From: Balanoglossus misakiensis
Lineage: Eukaryota > Animalia > Hemichordata
Reading direction: 5' to 3'
DNA length: 64,000 bases
Assembly (NCBI GenBank): GCA_040954595.2
Contig: JBECUI020000031.1
Span: 235,417-299,416 of the forward strand
Shown: positions 31,965 through 42,666 of the stretch, one piece after another
How positions within the stretch are numbered: position 1 is the first letter of the stretch
How the letters are laid out: every line of letters starts with the position of its first letter
Made by a program: the position numbers and the translations under genes
The notes under the pieces: generated by a model
What the model saw: the letters and a program-made list of their open reading frames with translations, nothing else
Databases searched by the model: none
Told to the model about the DNA's origin: nothing

Positions 31965-34102
31965 TCCATTACCTCCATCAAAATTTCCGGAGTGATAGGG
32001 ATCTGATAGCAGGTTTTCCCAACAGCCTGTCTGACCGCTATGGCAAAGGCAGAATGTCCTCCGTTGTGGACCATCTCTCCCATGCCCTTGGCCCCAAAGG
32101 CCCCGAACTCATAGGGATTGTCCACAGTGTCGGCTCCAGTGGCGGGAAAATCCATGCTGGTGGGAACCATGTAGTCGGCAAGGGTGATCTGCCGGAAGGT
32201 TCCGTCATCCCGAATTTCCAGTTTTTCCATGGCACCGTAGCCAAGTGCCTGGCTCATACCTCCTTGAATCTGTCCATTGACCACACGTTCATCAATGGCC
32301 ACACCAACATCATAGACTGCCCAAGCTCCTAAAACTGTGGCCTCCCAAGTGAGGGGATCCACTTCCACCTCAACGATGTTCACTCCCCATCCAAAGGTGG
32401 CGTAGGCGTCACCGGCAAAGGTCTCCTGATTCCACTTTATCCATGGAGGCATTTGATATCTCTCCTCCACAACTTGCTCCTGGCCTTCCTTCCAGACTTT
32501 CTTGAGTTTCTCAGCGGCTTTCTGGATAAGATAGCCTACGGTCATAATGGTCCTGCTAGCCACCGTGGGGCCGGAGTCGGGAACCTTGTCGGTATCGGGG
32601 TTGGCAAAAAGAATATCTTCAATAGGAATCCCCAACACCCGCCTTACCACCTTGCGAAGAGTGGTTTGGGGGCCCTGGCCGAAATCCGTAGCGGCACAGA
32701 GAATTTCCACCTTGCCATCCCTACCTTTACGTAGGGCAACCTTTGCCTTGATTATTTTCTGTTCTCCATCGCCAGTGAAACCGCAGCCATGATAAATAAA
32801 GGCCATGCCTATGCCCCTTGGCAAAGAAGAGTTGCTGTAGGCAGCCCGTTTTCGGGAATATCCAGACATTTCCTCAACCCGGGCAAGAAGTTTGTCCAAA
32901 ATCACCTTGTCCCGGATTATGCCCCCTGTAACCGTGCTATCGCCTTCTTTGAGGAAGTAACGCTTTTTAAATTCCAGGCTTTCAACTCCGGCATACTGAG
33001 CCAGATTTTCCAGGTGCTGTTCCAGACCAAACAGCACCTGAGGAGCCCCGAAGCCCCGGAAAGCCCCAGAAGGAACGGTATTGGTGGCAAGTCCCTTTCC
33101 CTGGATACGAAAGGCAGGAATGCTGTAGACCCCCAGGGCCGTAAAGACCGCCCGCATAAGCACCACCCGGGTATAGGTCTCATAGCCTCCACCATCCAGA
33201 AGGACTTTAACATCCATGGCTAAAATACCCCCATCGGAATCCAGAGCCGTTCGATAAGTGCAGCGGGAAGGATGTCGTTTACTCGTAAAGGATATGTCCT
33301 CTACCCTATCCATAATCATTCTTAAAGGTTTCTTAATAATCTTGGCAGCCACGGCCATGGGAGCCCCCATGATTTCAGGATAATCTTCCTTGCCCCCAAA
33401 ACCACCACCGGTGGTGTCCTGAATCACCCTGACCCCTTCGTGTCCGACTCCCAGCACATGGGATGCCGCATGGTGCACATAATAAGGACATTGAAGGGAA
33501 CCTCGGATAACCACCTTGTCTCCCTCGGTAAAGACAATAAGCCCCTGGGGTTCCATGTAAAGCTGTTCCTGAAAGCCCGTATGGTAGGTCTCTTCAATTA
33601 CTTTGTCTGCCTGGGCAAAACGCTCTTCCAGGTCCCCACGAGCCAGATCCACCCGACAAAAAATGTTGTCTTCCCCGTGTATAGGCCCCCCACGCAGGAC
33701 TAGGGCCTGATCTATGTTCACCGCTGCTTCGGTTTGATCAAAGTCTATGCGGACTGATTTAAGCAAACGATCCACCCCTAAGGGATCAGGTCCGGCTGCC
33801 AACAGAATGATCTGCCCTACATAACGAATCTCGTCGTGGGCGAAGCAAGGGAAGTCTCGAGCAGTTGCCAGGGGAATAATATTTTCTCCAGGAACATCCT
33901 GTGCCCCAATAAGATAATAGCCTTCGGGAATTTCAGGATAATGTATTTCCTTTATACGTCCACGTGGAATAGGAGAACGTAAAAATCGAGTAAAAAGCAT
34001 TTCTTCACAAGGAAGATCCGCCACATAGAGTGCCGAACCTTCTGCCTTTGCCGGTCCGTCAGGACGCGGTATGGACTTGGTGATGTCCTGTCTCACTGTC
34101 AA
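31961..34102 (-). CDS. Xanthine dehydrogenase-family molybdopterin-binding subunit
   Basis: GGGFGGKE, AFRGFGAPQ, DFGQG, PDSGPTVASR, GQIQGG, GAKGMGE. Confidence 0.92.
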   Translation of the reverse strand: MTVRQDITKSIPRPDGPAKAEGSALYVADLPCEEMLFTRFLRSPIPRGRIKEIHYPEIPEGYYLIGAQDVPGENIIPLATARDFPCFAHDEIRYVGQIILLAAGPDPLGVDRLLKSVRIDFDQTEAAVNIDQALVLRGGPIHGEDNIFCRVDLARGDLEERFAQADKVIEETYHTGFQEQLYMEPQGLIVFTEGDKVVIRGSLQCPYYVHHAASHVLGVGHEGVRVIQDTTGGGFGGKEDYPEIMGAPMAVAAKIIKKPLRMIMDRVEDISFTSKRHPSRCTYRTALDSDGGILAMDVKVLLDGGGYETYTRVVLMRAVFTALGVYSIPAFRIQGKGLATNTVPSGAFRGFGAPQVLFGLEQHLENLAQYAGVESLEFKKRYFLKEGDSTVTGGIIRDKVILDKLLARVEEMSGYSRKRAAYSNSSLPRGIGMAFIYHGCGFTGDGEQKIIKAKVALRKGRDGKVEILCAATDFGQGPQTTLRKVVRRVLGIPIEDILFANPDTDKVPDSGPTVASRTIMTVGYLIQKAAEKLKKVWKEGQEQVVEERYQMPPWIKWNQETFAGDAYATFGWGVNIVEVEVDPLTWEATVLGAWAVYDVGVAIDERVVNGQIQGGMSQALGYGAMEKLEIRDDGTFRQITLADYMVPTSMDFPATGADTVDNPYEFGAFGAKGMGEMVHNGGHSAFAIAVRQAVGKTCYQIPITPEILMEVME

Positions 34103-35273
34103 TTCCTCCCACAGCTTCTAACGCCGCTTCAATATCTTTTAAACCATTGCCTGTAATAAGCAGGATGATTGTTTCTTCAGCCTTGGGTCCTCGGCCTTCC
34201 TCATAATCTTTTAACATTCCTGCCAATACCACTGCCCCCGCCGGTTCAGCAAAAAGCCCTGTGGTGCGGGAAAGGCGATGCTGAGCCGCCAGGATGGCCC
34301 GATCGTCCACAGTTACTCCTCGCCCCCCGTGCTTTTGTAGTTTGGCATAGGCATAGTATCCTCCTCGCGGAACATCCACACTTATAGAATCAGCAAGGGT
34401 CCTGGAGGGAATGGGGGCACCGAAACCGCCGGACGATAAGGCCCGATTAATTGCCGAAGAACCTTCGGCTTGGCAGGCCACAATCTGGGGAATCTTGTTG
34501 ATGAGTCCCCAGCCCAGAAGATCTTCAAAGCCCTTGTAAATCCCCGAGATAATAACCCCATCTCCAACAGGAACATAGATGCGATCAGGAAAACCTTGAA
34601 GACTCTGGAAAATTTCCAAGGCAGCGGTCTTCTTGCCTTCAATGGTAAGAGGATTATGGGCTGTGCTGCGCGACAGCCCCCCCTGTGATTTGATCCATTC
34701 CAGAGAAAGGTCATAGGCCTCGTCGTAAGTTCCTTCTACGGTCACCAATTCGGCACCGTACTGCCTTGCCTGCACCATCTTTGCCGGCGGGGCGGCAGCC
34801 GGCAGGTAGAGCCGCACCGAGAGTCCCGCTGCAGCTCCAATACCGGCCATGGAAGAACCAGCGTTGCCAGTGGAGGCAAGAACAATGCCTGAAATCCCTT
34901 CCTTGAGGGCATAGGCTGCCACAAGATAGCTCGCTCTATCCTTAAGAGAACCCGTAGGATTAGCGGTTTCATCCTTGAGAAAAAGTTTCGGGAGGGAGAG
35001 CTCCTCCCGTAATCTCCTGGGTTCCCAAAGAGGAGTGTTTCCCACAGGAATGGAAGGGAAGTATTCCCTTTCCACCGGGAGCAGGTCCCTGGTATCGGCA
35101 CTCCTCGCCCCATCTGCCCATTCAGAGGGGAGCCTCCCCTCCAACTGAACTTCCAGAACCCCCCGGAGGGGCTCATCGGCTTTCTGTTCTGCCGCACAGA
35201 AAGAACAGAGCATACGGTCAGGAGTCATGGGATACTCTCTACCGCATTCAGAACAGATATAAAGGCCTCTCAC
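34059..35273 (-). CDS. Threonine-synthase-like PLP enzyme
   Basis: Zn-finger-like N-terminus, GNTPL, NPTGSLKDR, ASTGNAG, PVGDG, FAEPAG, TGNGLKD. Confidence 0.85.
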   Translation of the reverse strand: MRGLYICSECGREYPMTPDRMLCSFCAAEQKADEPLRGVLEVQLEGRLPSEWADGARSADTRDLLPVEREYFPSIPVGNTPLWEPRRLREELSLPKLFLKDETANPTGSLKDRASYLVAAYALKEGISGIVLASTGNAGSSMAGIGAAAGLSVRLYLPAAAPPAKMVQARQYGAELVTVEGTYDEAYDLSLEWIKSQGGLSRSTAHNPLTIEGKKTAALEIFQSLQGFPDRIYVPVGDGVIISGIYKGFEDLLGWGLINKIPQIVACQAEGSSAINRALSSGGFGAPIPSRTLADSISVDVPRGGYYAYAKLQKHGGRGVTVDDRAILAAQHRLSRTTGLFAEPAGAVVLAGMLKDYEEGRGPKAEETIILLITGNGLKDIEAALEAVGGIDSETGHHQVHTAS

Positions 35274-36496
35274 TTGGCCTCTAAAACATAAGGGAGCATG
35301 CTGTAAAAGGCACTACACAGGACCAGGTCATCCACTCGTGTAACTTCGTTAGGGGCATGAGCCTGATCTTCGTCTCCAGGACCAAAGCCAATGGCGGGAA
35401 TGCTATGGCGTCCGCTAGGCGCCACCATGTTAGTGCTGAATGTCCACTTATCCACTTCCGGTTCCTTCTTGAACAGGGCCTTATATCCCCGAATTCCACC
35501 CTGAAGGAGTTCATGATCTTTGTCGATTTTCCAGGTGGGAAAGTACAGTTCCTGACTGTAATCAGTGCCCTTCCAACCCTTTTTGACGTAGTCAGGCATA
35601 CGCACATCCACGGTAGAGGGTTCCACATCAAGGGCCTTGCCCACCACTTCTTTGACCTGACTTATAGCCAAATCCGCATCTTCACCCCAGGTGAGACGCC
35701 TGTCCAGGTAGAGCCTGGCCTGGTCGGGAACGGCGCATTGGCTTGGACCCTTTACCTCAATTTGACTGACCACAATGGTTCCCTTGCCCAGAAAATTTTC
35801 AGAATCGGGCTTAAGGGATGCGTTGAGCTTTTCGATGGCCAGGGCGGCCCGGGCAGCTTTGTAGGCAGCACTGTCACCTCGCTCAGGTGCCGATCCGTGG
35901 GCTGAGAGACCCTTGAGAAGAACTTCCATCTCCATACGTCCCCGATGCCCCCGGTACAGACGGCAGGTGGTCGGTTCGGTGGATACGATAAAATCAGGCT
36001 TCAAGCCCTCTTCTTCAATAAGGTACTTCCAGCACATCCCGTCACAATCCTCTTCCATAACGGTAAAGGCAAACCAAATGGACCATTCTCCGGCATAGCC
36101 TAAGTCCTTCAGAATTTTCCCAGCCATCATCATGGAGGCTGCCCCCCCCTTCTGATCTGAAGTACCCCGACCATGGACAAGACCTCCAGATATTTCTCCA
36201 CTGAAGGGGTCTTTGTTCCATTGGGAGGGATCGCCTACCTCAACGGTGTCTATATGCGCATCGATGGCCAGAATTTTCGGCCCATTGCCTACCCGGGCCA
36301 GGACACTCCCCAAGGAATCGATTTTTACTTCATCAAAACCCAATCCCTTGCATGCTGCCTCTATATGACGGCATACATCCTTTTCTTTGCCGCTGTACGA
36401 TTTGATCCTGACTATATCCGAGAGGATCTTGGCAGTTCTATCTCGATAGGACTCCGCCTTTTCCCTGATTTGTTGTGCAACAACATCCAAATTCAT
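35270..36496 (-). CDS. ygeY: YgeY-family M20 metallohydrolase
   Basis: DAHIDTV, GRGTSDQKGG, MEEDCDG, YRGHRGRME, WTFSTN, QAHAPNE. Confidence 0.9.
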   Translation of the reverse strand: MNLDVVAQQIREKAESYRDRTAKILSDIVRIKSYSGKEKDVCRHIEAACKGLGFDEVKIDSLGSVLARVGNGPKILAIDAHIDTVEVGDPSQWNKDPFSGEISGGLVHGRGTSDQKGGAASMMMAGKILKDLGYAGEWSIWFAFTVMEEDCDGMCWKYLIEEEGLKPDFIVSTEPTTCRLYRGHRGRMEMEVLLKGLSAHGSAPERGDSAAYKAARAALAIEKLNASLKPDSENFLGKGTIVVSQIEVKGPSQCAVPDQARLYLDRRLTWGEDADLAISQVKEVVGKALDVEPSTVDVRMPDYVKKGWKGTDYSQELYFPTWKIDKDHELLQGGIRGYKALFKKEPEVDKWTFSTNMVAPSGRHSIPAIGFGPGDEDQAHAPNEVTRVDDLVLCSAFYSMLPYVLEAK

Positions 36497-36558
36497 CTAA
36501 ATTACTACCTCTTGTCTTTCCGTATCTCGAGTTTTTCCATCGGAACAATATTTTCCCC

Positions 36559-37890
36559 TTAGGGCTTAATTTCTTCCATCCTTTTCCAAAGCCGACGGCT
36601 TTGGACCCTGGCCTGGGCATAAATCTCCGGAACATCCACATCTCCTGAGAACTTCCTGTCCCTAAGAAGCGTCACACCGTTAACAATCACCGTTTCAACC
36701 ATCGCTGAAGATCCACCAAACACCAGGTGTCCTGCCAGATTCTCCGGAACAAGGGGGGTAGGAGACCGGTAAGAGGCCAGCACCAGGTCGGCAATGCCGC
36801 CCGGCTCTAAACGGCCAAAAGTTTCCCCGAAGAGCCGATCTAAAATATTGTTACCCGCCTGTAGGGCCTTGAGAAAATCGCTGGGCCACCAGGGACCGCC
36901 CTCATCTTTATGCTTAAAGTACGCCATCTGCAGAGCCAGAGGCATATCTCCACCAATGCCGTCAGTTCCCAAAGCCAGGTTCTTCACCTCGGTAAGATGC
37001 TTATTGTAACCCACAGTATTGTTCATGTTGGAGGCAGGGTTATGGACCAGAAAGCCATCCCTATTTCCCAGAAGTTCCAGTTCTTCCCTGGAAAGATGTA
37101 CCCCATGAACCAAGATGGTTTTTTCGTTCAAAAGCTTATGTCTATCCAAACGGTGCACGATGTCTTCGCCGTAGGTAATGTGGGAGTGGGATACATCGTA
37201 GCGATCTTCAGCTACATGAAGGTGGAGTCCCCGACCGGTGTCATGCAGCACCTCGGCCATCTCAGACAGGGCCTCTTCGGGAAGGGTGGCAGGAGCATGA
37301 CCACCAATATGGGCTTCTATGAGCTGCTTTCCATTTCCTGACCGTCTTTCTGCTTCCGCCTGTAGAGCAAAACGCCTGTTTTCTTCTATCCCGGCCAGCA
37401 TACCCTGCCTCCCGTGACGGTCACTCACCTCGTAACAGGTTGCCCCACGAATTCCAACAGTTTCGAAGGCCTCCTTAATTACATCCAGAGAACCCTCAAT
37501 AAAGGAAGGAGAGGCATGGTGATCAATAATGGACGTGGTCCCGCAGCACAGGGCATCCAGGGCTGCTGTCAGAGCCGAATAGCGGAGAATCTCCTTATCT
37601 ACTCCTTGATCCAAGCGCCACCAGAGGTTCTTAAGAATGGAGACAAAATCCGGAGTAGCCCCAATGGGTGTTAGAATCCCCCGGGCCAGAGCCGAGTAGA
37701 TGTGATGATGGCTGCAAACCATTCCAGGGAAGAGAATCTTCCCGGTACCATCTATGTGCTCGGCATCCTTTAAGCCTCGTCCGGCAGCAGGACCCACGCT
37801 TTTAATGCGCTTTCCTTCAATAACAAGGTCAACAGCCTCACGTATTCGGGAAGGAAAAAATTCCACCGCCGTAACATTGCTAATAATCAT
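36559..37890 (-). CDS. ssnA: Aminohydrolase SsnA
   Basis: CSHHHIYSALARG, LWWRLD, IDHHASP, CYEVSDR, HNPASNMNN, LGTDG. Confidence 0.88.
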   Translation of the reverse strand: MIISNVTAVEFFPSRIREAVDLVIEGKRIKSVGPAAGRGLKDAEHIDGTGKILFPGMVCSHHHIYSALARGILTPIGATPDFVSILKNLWWRLDQGVDKEILRYSALTAALDALCCGTTSIIDHHASPSFIEGSLDVIKEAFETVGIRGATCYEVSDRHGRQGMLAGIEENRRFALQAEAERRSGNGKQLIEAHIGGHAPATLPEEALSEMAEVLHDTGRGLHLHVAEDRYDVSHSHITYGEDIVHRLDRHKLLNEKTILVHGVHLSREELELLGNRDGFLVHNPASNMNNTVGYNKHLTEVKNLALGTDGIGGDMPLALQMAYFKHKDEGGPWWPSDFLKALQAGNNILDRLFGETFGRLEPGGIADLVLASYRSPTPLVPENLAGHLVFGGSSAMVETVIVNGVTLLRDRKFSGDVDVPEIYAQARVQSRRLWKRMEEIKP

Positions 37891-40800
37891 AGCGCCTCAA
37901 CCTCCTCAGGAGTTCGTTCCTCAACAGGGGAGAAGAGTTGCTTCCTATCCCGATAAATAATCTCAAACAGCTTAAAAAAGCGTTCGGCGCCTTCAAGGGC
38001 TGGGACGCTCTTGGCCTTTCCTTGCTGTAGCTCTGTCTCTCCGATGGCGTCGCCAAAACGCCAGGTTATCATTCCATCGTTTAGATACCAGCCGAGATTG
38101 TTACTGTTCTGAAAATCCTCCAGGGTACTGAAAACGGTGGGTTTATCCAGATAGGGGACCCCTGAAGTCCAGGGACAGAAATGCCCACAGTTGCCGCATT
38201 CGTTGCAAAGAGCATCCAGGTGAACAATCTGTCCAGGATCAACGAAACCTTCTTCTCTTGTGACAGGAATAACAATGTTAGCCCGGTTGGGGCAGACATC
38301 TACGCATTTATCACAGGTGTAGTTACATTCCAGACAGCGGGTTTTTTCCAAGGATCCGAAACTGGGGCTGCTGCTGTAAGGAGCCGAGGGCTTGGGGATA
38401 ATGACATTCCTTTTGGCCTTGATTTCCTCCATGCGCTTCTGAGCATTCCAGTAGGGAATCTTTTCTTCCCGTTTCCAGTTTGAATCCTCCTGCCTGGTAA
38501 TAGCATCAGCGGCCTGTCGTCCTTCGGCAATACAACGCACAATGGTGGAAGGACCTGTTCGGCCATCACCGATTGTGTAGACACCATCTTTCTCGGTCAT
38601 TAAATTGCTGTCAACGATCACCCGTCCCTTGGGATCTAAGGGCACCCCAAAGTTTTCATATTCTTCGGAGTCATAATCATCGCCGATGGCGTAGAGTATG
38701 GTATCGACGGAAATAGTCTCTACCTCGTCGGTGGGAACAGGTCTCTGGCGTCCAGAGGCATCTTTTTCTCCCAGCTTCATTACCCGGCAGACCAGGGTCC
38801 CGTCACTATTGAATTTCTCGGGATTCCTCAGGAATCTGAAATTGACATTTTCTTCAGCAGCACACTCATATTCTTCCCGACTGACGGGCATCTCCTCAAA
38901 GGACCGGCGGTAGATAATCCAGCTTTCTTCAACTCCCGGAACCCGCAGAGCCGAACGGCTAGCATCCATGGCGGTATCTCCCGCCCCAATAGTGGCCACC
39001 CGTCTGCCCAGATTCATACCCTTAGGATTCTTGTTGAACTTATAAAGGAAAGGTACAGCGGGATAAATGTTCTTGTTGTCTCCCTCAAGTACGTAGGGCC
39101 GATTAGCCCAGGCACCTATGCCCAATACCACGTAATCAAAGCCCTGAGCTTTAAGCCCCTCAACACTGAGGTTCTTCTGCTTAAAGCTGAATTCCACCCC
39201 CATTGCCCTGATAACATCTATGTCGCTTTCTATGGCTTCCCGGGAAATACGGAAGTGGGGAACCACATAACGGACAACACCACCGGTATCGTCTTCTTTT
39301 TCCAGAACTTTCACGGAAAAACCTTCCCGGGCAAGGAAATAGGCGGCCGAAAGCCCTGCAGGTCCCGCTCCCACCACCGCCACACGTTTATCAAAACGCT
39401 TTTTCGGAGCAGTCCAGCGCTTCTTCCATTCCTCCATCCCTTTTTCTACAGCTATGAGCTTGATTTCTCTAATATTGAGTTCTCCCTCATAGTCTTGGCG
39501 GGTACAGCGGATCTGGCATTGATGGTCGCAGATGCTTCCCGTTATTGAAGGCAGGGCATTCCTTTCGTAGATGAGTTCCAAAGCATCGGCGTAGCGATTT
39601 TCCCCTACAAGACGAATGTATTCAGGAATGTGTTGACCTATCGCACAGGCAGAGACACAGGGAGCTACGTAGCAGTCTGACAAGGGCAAGGCACCAGGAT
39701 TGATAATGGCATCCGTTCCCCGAAAAGACTTCTGGGTGGTAGGATCCTTAAGGCTATCCTGGGCCAGAGCTTCCAGCTCCTTGGTTTCTATTTTCTTAAA
39801 GTCACCCCCAAGAGCCCCCTCCAGAGACCTGGCAATCTGTTTCTGTCGGCTATATCCTCCAGGTTTTAAAAGATCCGAACACAGCGTCAGGGGGCGTATT
39901 CCCGCCTTAAGAAGTTTTACGGCATTATGAATGGATACTCCCCCAGCATAGGAAATGGGTATCTCCCCATTAAACTCCTTGGCAACCATTTCTGCCACAG
40001 CCACGGTCAGGGGATAAAGGGAACGGCCGGACATGTACATTTCTTCGCCAGGAAGTTCCTCCCTATTATTCACCGAAGCCAGGGTATTGGTCAGCTTGAC
40101 CCCAAAACGCTGGTTTTTTTCAGACGCATACGAGCGCAGAGACCCCAGCATTTTCCGAGCACTTTCCCATTGCAGGTCATGTTCAAAAGACTCCTCCTTC
40201 ACGATTACCTTATTAAAGCCCAGATCGTCCAGGATATCCCGAACCCGTCGGTAGCCCAAAAGGGTGGGGTTGAGTTTGACATAGGTGTTGAGTCCCTTTT
40301 TGCCTATCAGATAGCGGCAAATAGCCTCAATATCTTCTGGAGGGCAGCCGTGCATGGTGGACAACGAAACCGATTGACAGATTTTTCCAGGAATAGAAGC
40401 CGTCAAGCCCTCAAGGGCCGACTTGCGGTCTTCAAGGCCCGTGCCTTTCAGGAAGTCCGGATCGGCAAGAAATAGATCCAGTTCCTTAAGCCAGCCTTGG
40501 AAACGAGACTCCCTGGAAGAATCTTTCATTCTTTCGATAAAACGATCCATCTTGGGAGTTTGTATTCCTTCTAAATCATAACCCACGGAAATATTAAAGA
40601 TAAAAGAGCGTTCCATTTTCGGATGTCCAAGATCCCAAAGCCGCTCCGCCAGATGGAGAAGGATCCAAGCCTTGGCGTATTCTTCCCAGGCCTGGCCCAG
40701 CGTAAGCTCAGTGGACCATTCGGTATTGAACCCTTCATCTGTCATATCGATGCAGGGTTTTTCAATTTCCAGTCCGTCTAGTTTCTGCACCGTTTTAAGC

Positions 40801-41042
40801 TCAATAAACCGACTCCCAGTTAAATAGGAGGCTATAATGTTGGGAGTGATCTGGGTCTGTGGGCCAGCAGCAGGTCCCAGGGGGACCGAACAATTTTCCC
40901 CAAAAATACTGTAGATTGTCTGATCTTTTTTCCGGTAAAAATGGCCCTGAGGTATGTCAAAAACAGTACGGTTATGTCGCCATTCTTCCATCATTCGGTT
41001 AATAATCACCCCAAAGGGAAACATCCGCATTTTATCGCTCAT
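37887..41042 (-). CDS. ygfK: YgfK-family Fe-S flavo-oxidoreductase
   Basis: GPAAGPQTQ, IELKTVQ, NTEWSTEL, KLNPTLLG, MYMSGRSL, GAGPAGL, CDKCVDVCPNRAN, CNECGNC. Confidence 0.93.
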   Translation of the reverse strand: MSDKMRMFPFGVIINRMMEEWRHNRTVFDIPQGHFYRKKDQTIYSIFGENCSVPLGPAAGPQTQITPNIIASYLTGSRFIELKTVQKLDGLEIEKPCIDMTDEGFNTEWSTELTLGQAWEEYAKAWILLHLAERLWDLGHPKMERSFIFNISVGYDLEGIQTPKMDRFIERMKDSSRESRFQGWLKELDLFLADPDFLKGTGLEDRKSALEGLTASIPGKICQSVSLSTMHGCPPEDIEAICRYLIGKKGLNTYVKLNPTLLGYRRVRDILDDLGFNKVIVKEESFEHDLQWESARKMLGSLRSYASEKNQRFGVKLTNTLASVNNREELPGEEMYMSGRSLYPLTVAVAEMVAKEFNGEIPISYAGGVSIHNAVKLLKAGIRPLTLCSDLLKPGGYSRQKQIARSLEGALGGDFKKIETKELEALAQDSLKDPTTQKSFRGTDAIINPGALPLSDCYVAPCVSACAIGQHIPEYIRLVGENRYADALELIYERNALPSITGSICDHQCQIRCTRQDYEGELNIREIKLIAVEKGMEEWKKRWTAPKKRFDKRVAVVGAGPAGLSAAYFLAREGFSVKVLEKEDDTGGVVRYVVPHFRISREAIESDIDVIRAMGVEFSFKQKNLSVEGLKAQGFDYVVLGIGAWANRPYVLEGDNKNIYPAVPFLYKFNKNPKGMNLGRRVATIGAGDTAMDASRSALRVPGVEESWIIYRRSFEEMPVSREEYECAAEENVNFRFLRNPEKFNSDGTLVCRVMKLGEKDASGRQRPVPTDEVETISVDTILYAIGDDYDSEEYENFGVPLDPKGRVIVDSNLMTEKDGVYTIGDGRTGPSTIVRCIAEGRQAADAITRQEDSNWKREEKIPYWNAQKRMEEIKAKRNVIIPKPSAPYSSSPSFGSLEKTRCLECNYTCDKCVDVCPNRANIVIPVTREEGFVDPGQIVHLDALCNECGNCGHFCPWTSGVPYLDKPTVFSTLEDFQNSNNLGWYLNDGMITWRFGDAIGETELQQGKAKSVPALEGAERFFKLFEIIYRDRKQLFSPVEERTPEEVEAL

Positions 41043-41103
41043 CCATCGTCTCCTCTTATTTTGCTAAACTTACGTAGTATTGTTCCTCAATTCCTAGAGA
41101 AAT

Positions 41104-42459
41104 CTAATAGGCCGGAGTAAGGAAACGGCCATAACCACTGGGGACAGCTATCCCTTTACCATCTTCATAAACCACCGTCCCCCGCACCAAGGTTTTGAGC
41201 ACACGGCCTCGGAAGGTCTGTCCTTCAAAAGGGGTGGCCTTTCCTTTCGAAAGGAAATCTGCTCCCCGCACATTAAGTTCTGATCGGGAATCCACAAGAA
41301 CCACATCGGCATCCTTACCTCTTTCCAAGGAGCCCTTACGATCTCCCAGGCCAAAACGCTTTGGAGCATTCTCACTGATAAGCTCAAGGAATCGAGAGAG
41401 GGAAATCCGTTTTTTCAGAAGTCCTTCGCTAAGCAGGTAGGGAAGAAGAAGTCCAGTCCCGCAGATCCCCGCAGATGCGGTCCAGATATTGTCGCCGGAC
41501 TTGTCTTCCACCGTCCCGGGGGCATGGTCTGAACTAATGAAGTCCAGAATTCCATCGACCAGGAGCTTCCACAAACCCTCAGGATTCCCCGCACTCTTTA
41601 TGGGCGGAGAAATCTTGAGCAGGGCCCCCTGTTTCTGGAAGTCCTCGACTGTAAATGCCAGATACTGGGGACAAGTTTCCCCGGTGGCGGAACTGGAGGT
41701 CAGTAACTCCCCCCCCTCGGCGGTACCAATATGAACAATATGCAGATCTCCACCAGTCTTCTTGACCAAGCGCAGGGCTGTTTCAATAGAAAGGACCTCG
41801 GCCATTTCCGGTCTGGACTTGTACCAGGCTAGTGGATCTTTTCGCCCTATAGACTGGTAGTAAGCCGTGGCAGAATCCACATAATTCCTATCTTCAGCGT
41901 GGAGAAGAACGGGCATGGAAAGTTCTCGGCAAAGAGTTAAAAGCCTTTCAAAGCGCCAAGGATCCAGGGCACCCCAAACATTATCGACGCCGCTGGTGGC
42001 GTAGGCCTTTATTCCCGTTACTCGGCTCTTAAGTGAGGCAAGGCGTTCCTGAGCGTCGGGAATATCAAGCAACTGACGAGAGATACCACCATGAAAGGCA
42101 TAGTCAACCACCGCCTTAGGAGCCACCGCAGCCAGTTTTCTTTCCAGGTTGGCAGCCTCTGATACGGGAGGATCAGAGGTACTGGGCATGTCGATAATAG
42201 TGGTGATCCCCCCCTGGGCCGCAAAAGCCGTCCCATGGAAAAAATCTTCCTTTTGTGTGTATCCGGGATCATAGAAGTGTACATGAGGGTCGACACCACC
42301 GGGAAGAACCCAGCAGTTTTGGGCATCTAAAGTATCGGGCGTATTATAACCTGCGAGATCGGAGCCAATTTCGACTATCCGCTCTTGCTCAATTCTGATA
42401 TCCCGAAGAAGAAAATCTTCCTCACCGGGGAAAGCAACCATTCCCTTTCTAATAACCAT
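41104..42459 (-). CDS. Cyclic amidohydrolase (allantoinase/dihydropyrimidinase family; probable HyuA role)
   Basis: PGGVDPHVH, GGITTIIDMP, LHAED, ETCPQYL, SSDHAP, GKDAD. Confidence 0.85.
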   Translation of the reverse strand: MVIRKGMVAFPGEEDFLLRDIRIEQERIVEIGSDLAGYNTPDTLDAQNCWVLPGGVDPHVHFYDPGYTQKEDFFHGTAFAAQGGITTIIDMPSTSDPPVSEAANLERKLAAVAPKAVVDYAFHGGISRQLLDIPDAQERLASLKSRVTGIKAYATSGVDNVWGALDPWRFERLLTLCRELSMPVLLHAEDRNYVDSATAYYQSIGRKDPLAWYKSRPEMAEVLSIETALRLVKKTGGDLHIVHIGTAEGGELLTSSSATGETCPQYLAFTVEDFQKQGALLKISPPIKSAGNPEGLWKLLVDGILDFISSDHAPGTVEDKSGDNIWTASAGICGTGLLLPYLLSEGLLKKRISLSRFLELISENAPKRFGLGDRKGSLERGKDADVVLVDSRSELNVRGADFLSKGKATPFEGQTFRGRVLKTLVRGTVVYEDGKGIAVPSGYGRFLTPAY

Positions 42460-42666
42460 AAAGGCCCCCTTAGGCTAAATTTCTAAGGACCGAAGTTCCT
42501 TAGAGCCAAGAAGTATCAGAATCTTTATCTACTTTATTAAATGATACCACCTTGATCTTTGCCCATACTCCCCAACTCACAAGGGAATATGGACAGAAGT
42601 AATTTTCGACAATCCGGTCGGCAGAAAATATCCCCCCCCCGAAATGTCTAAAGGATCTCAACAAAC

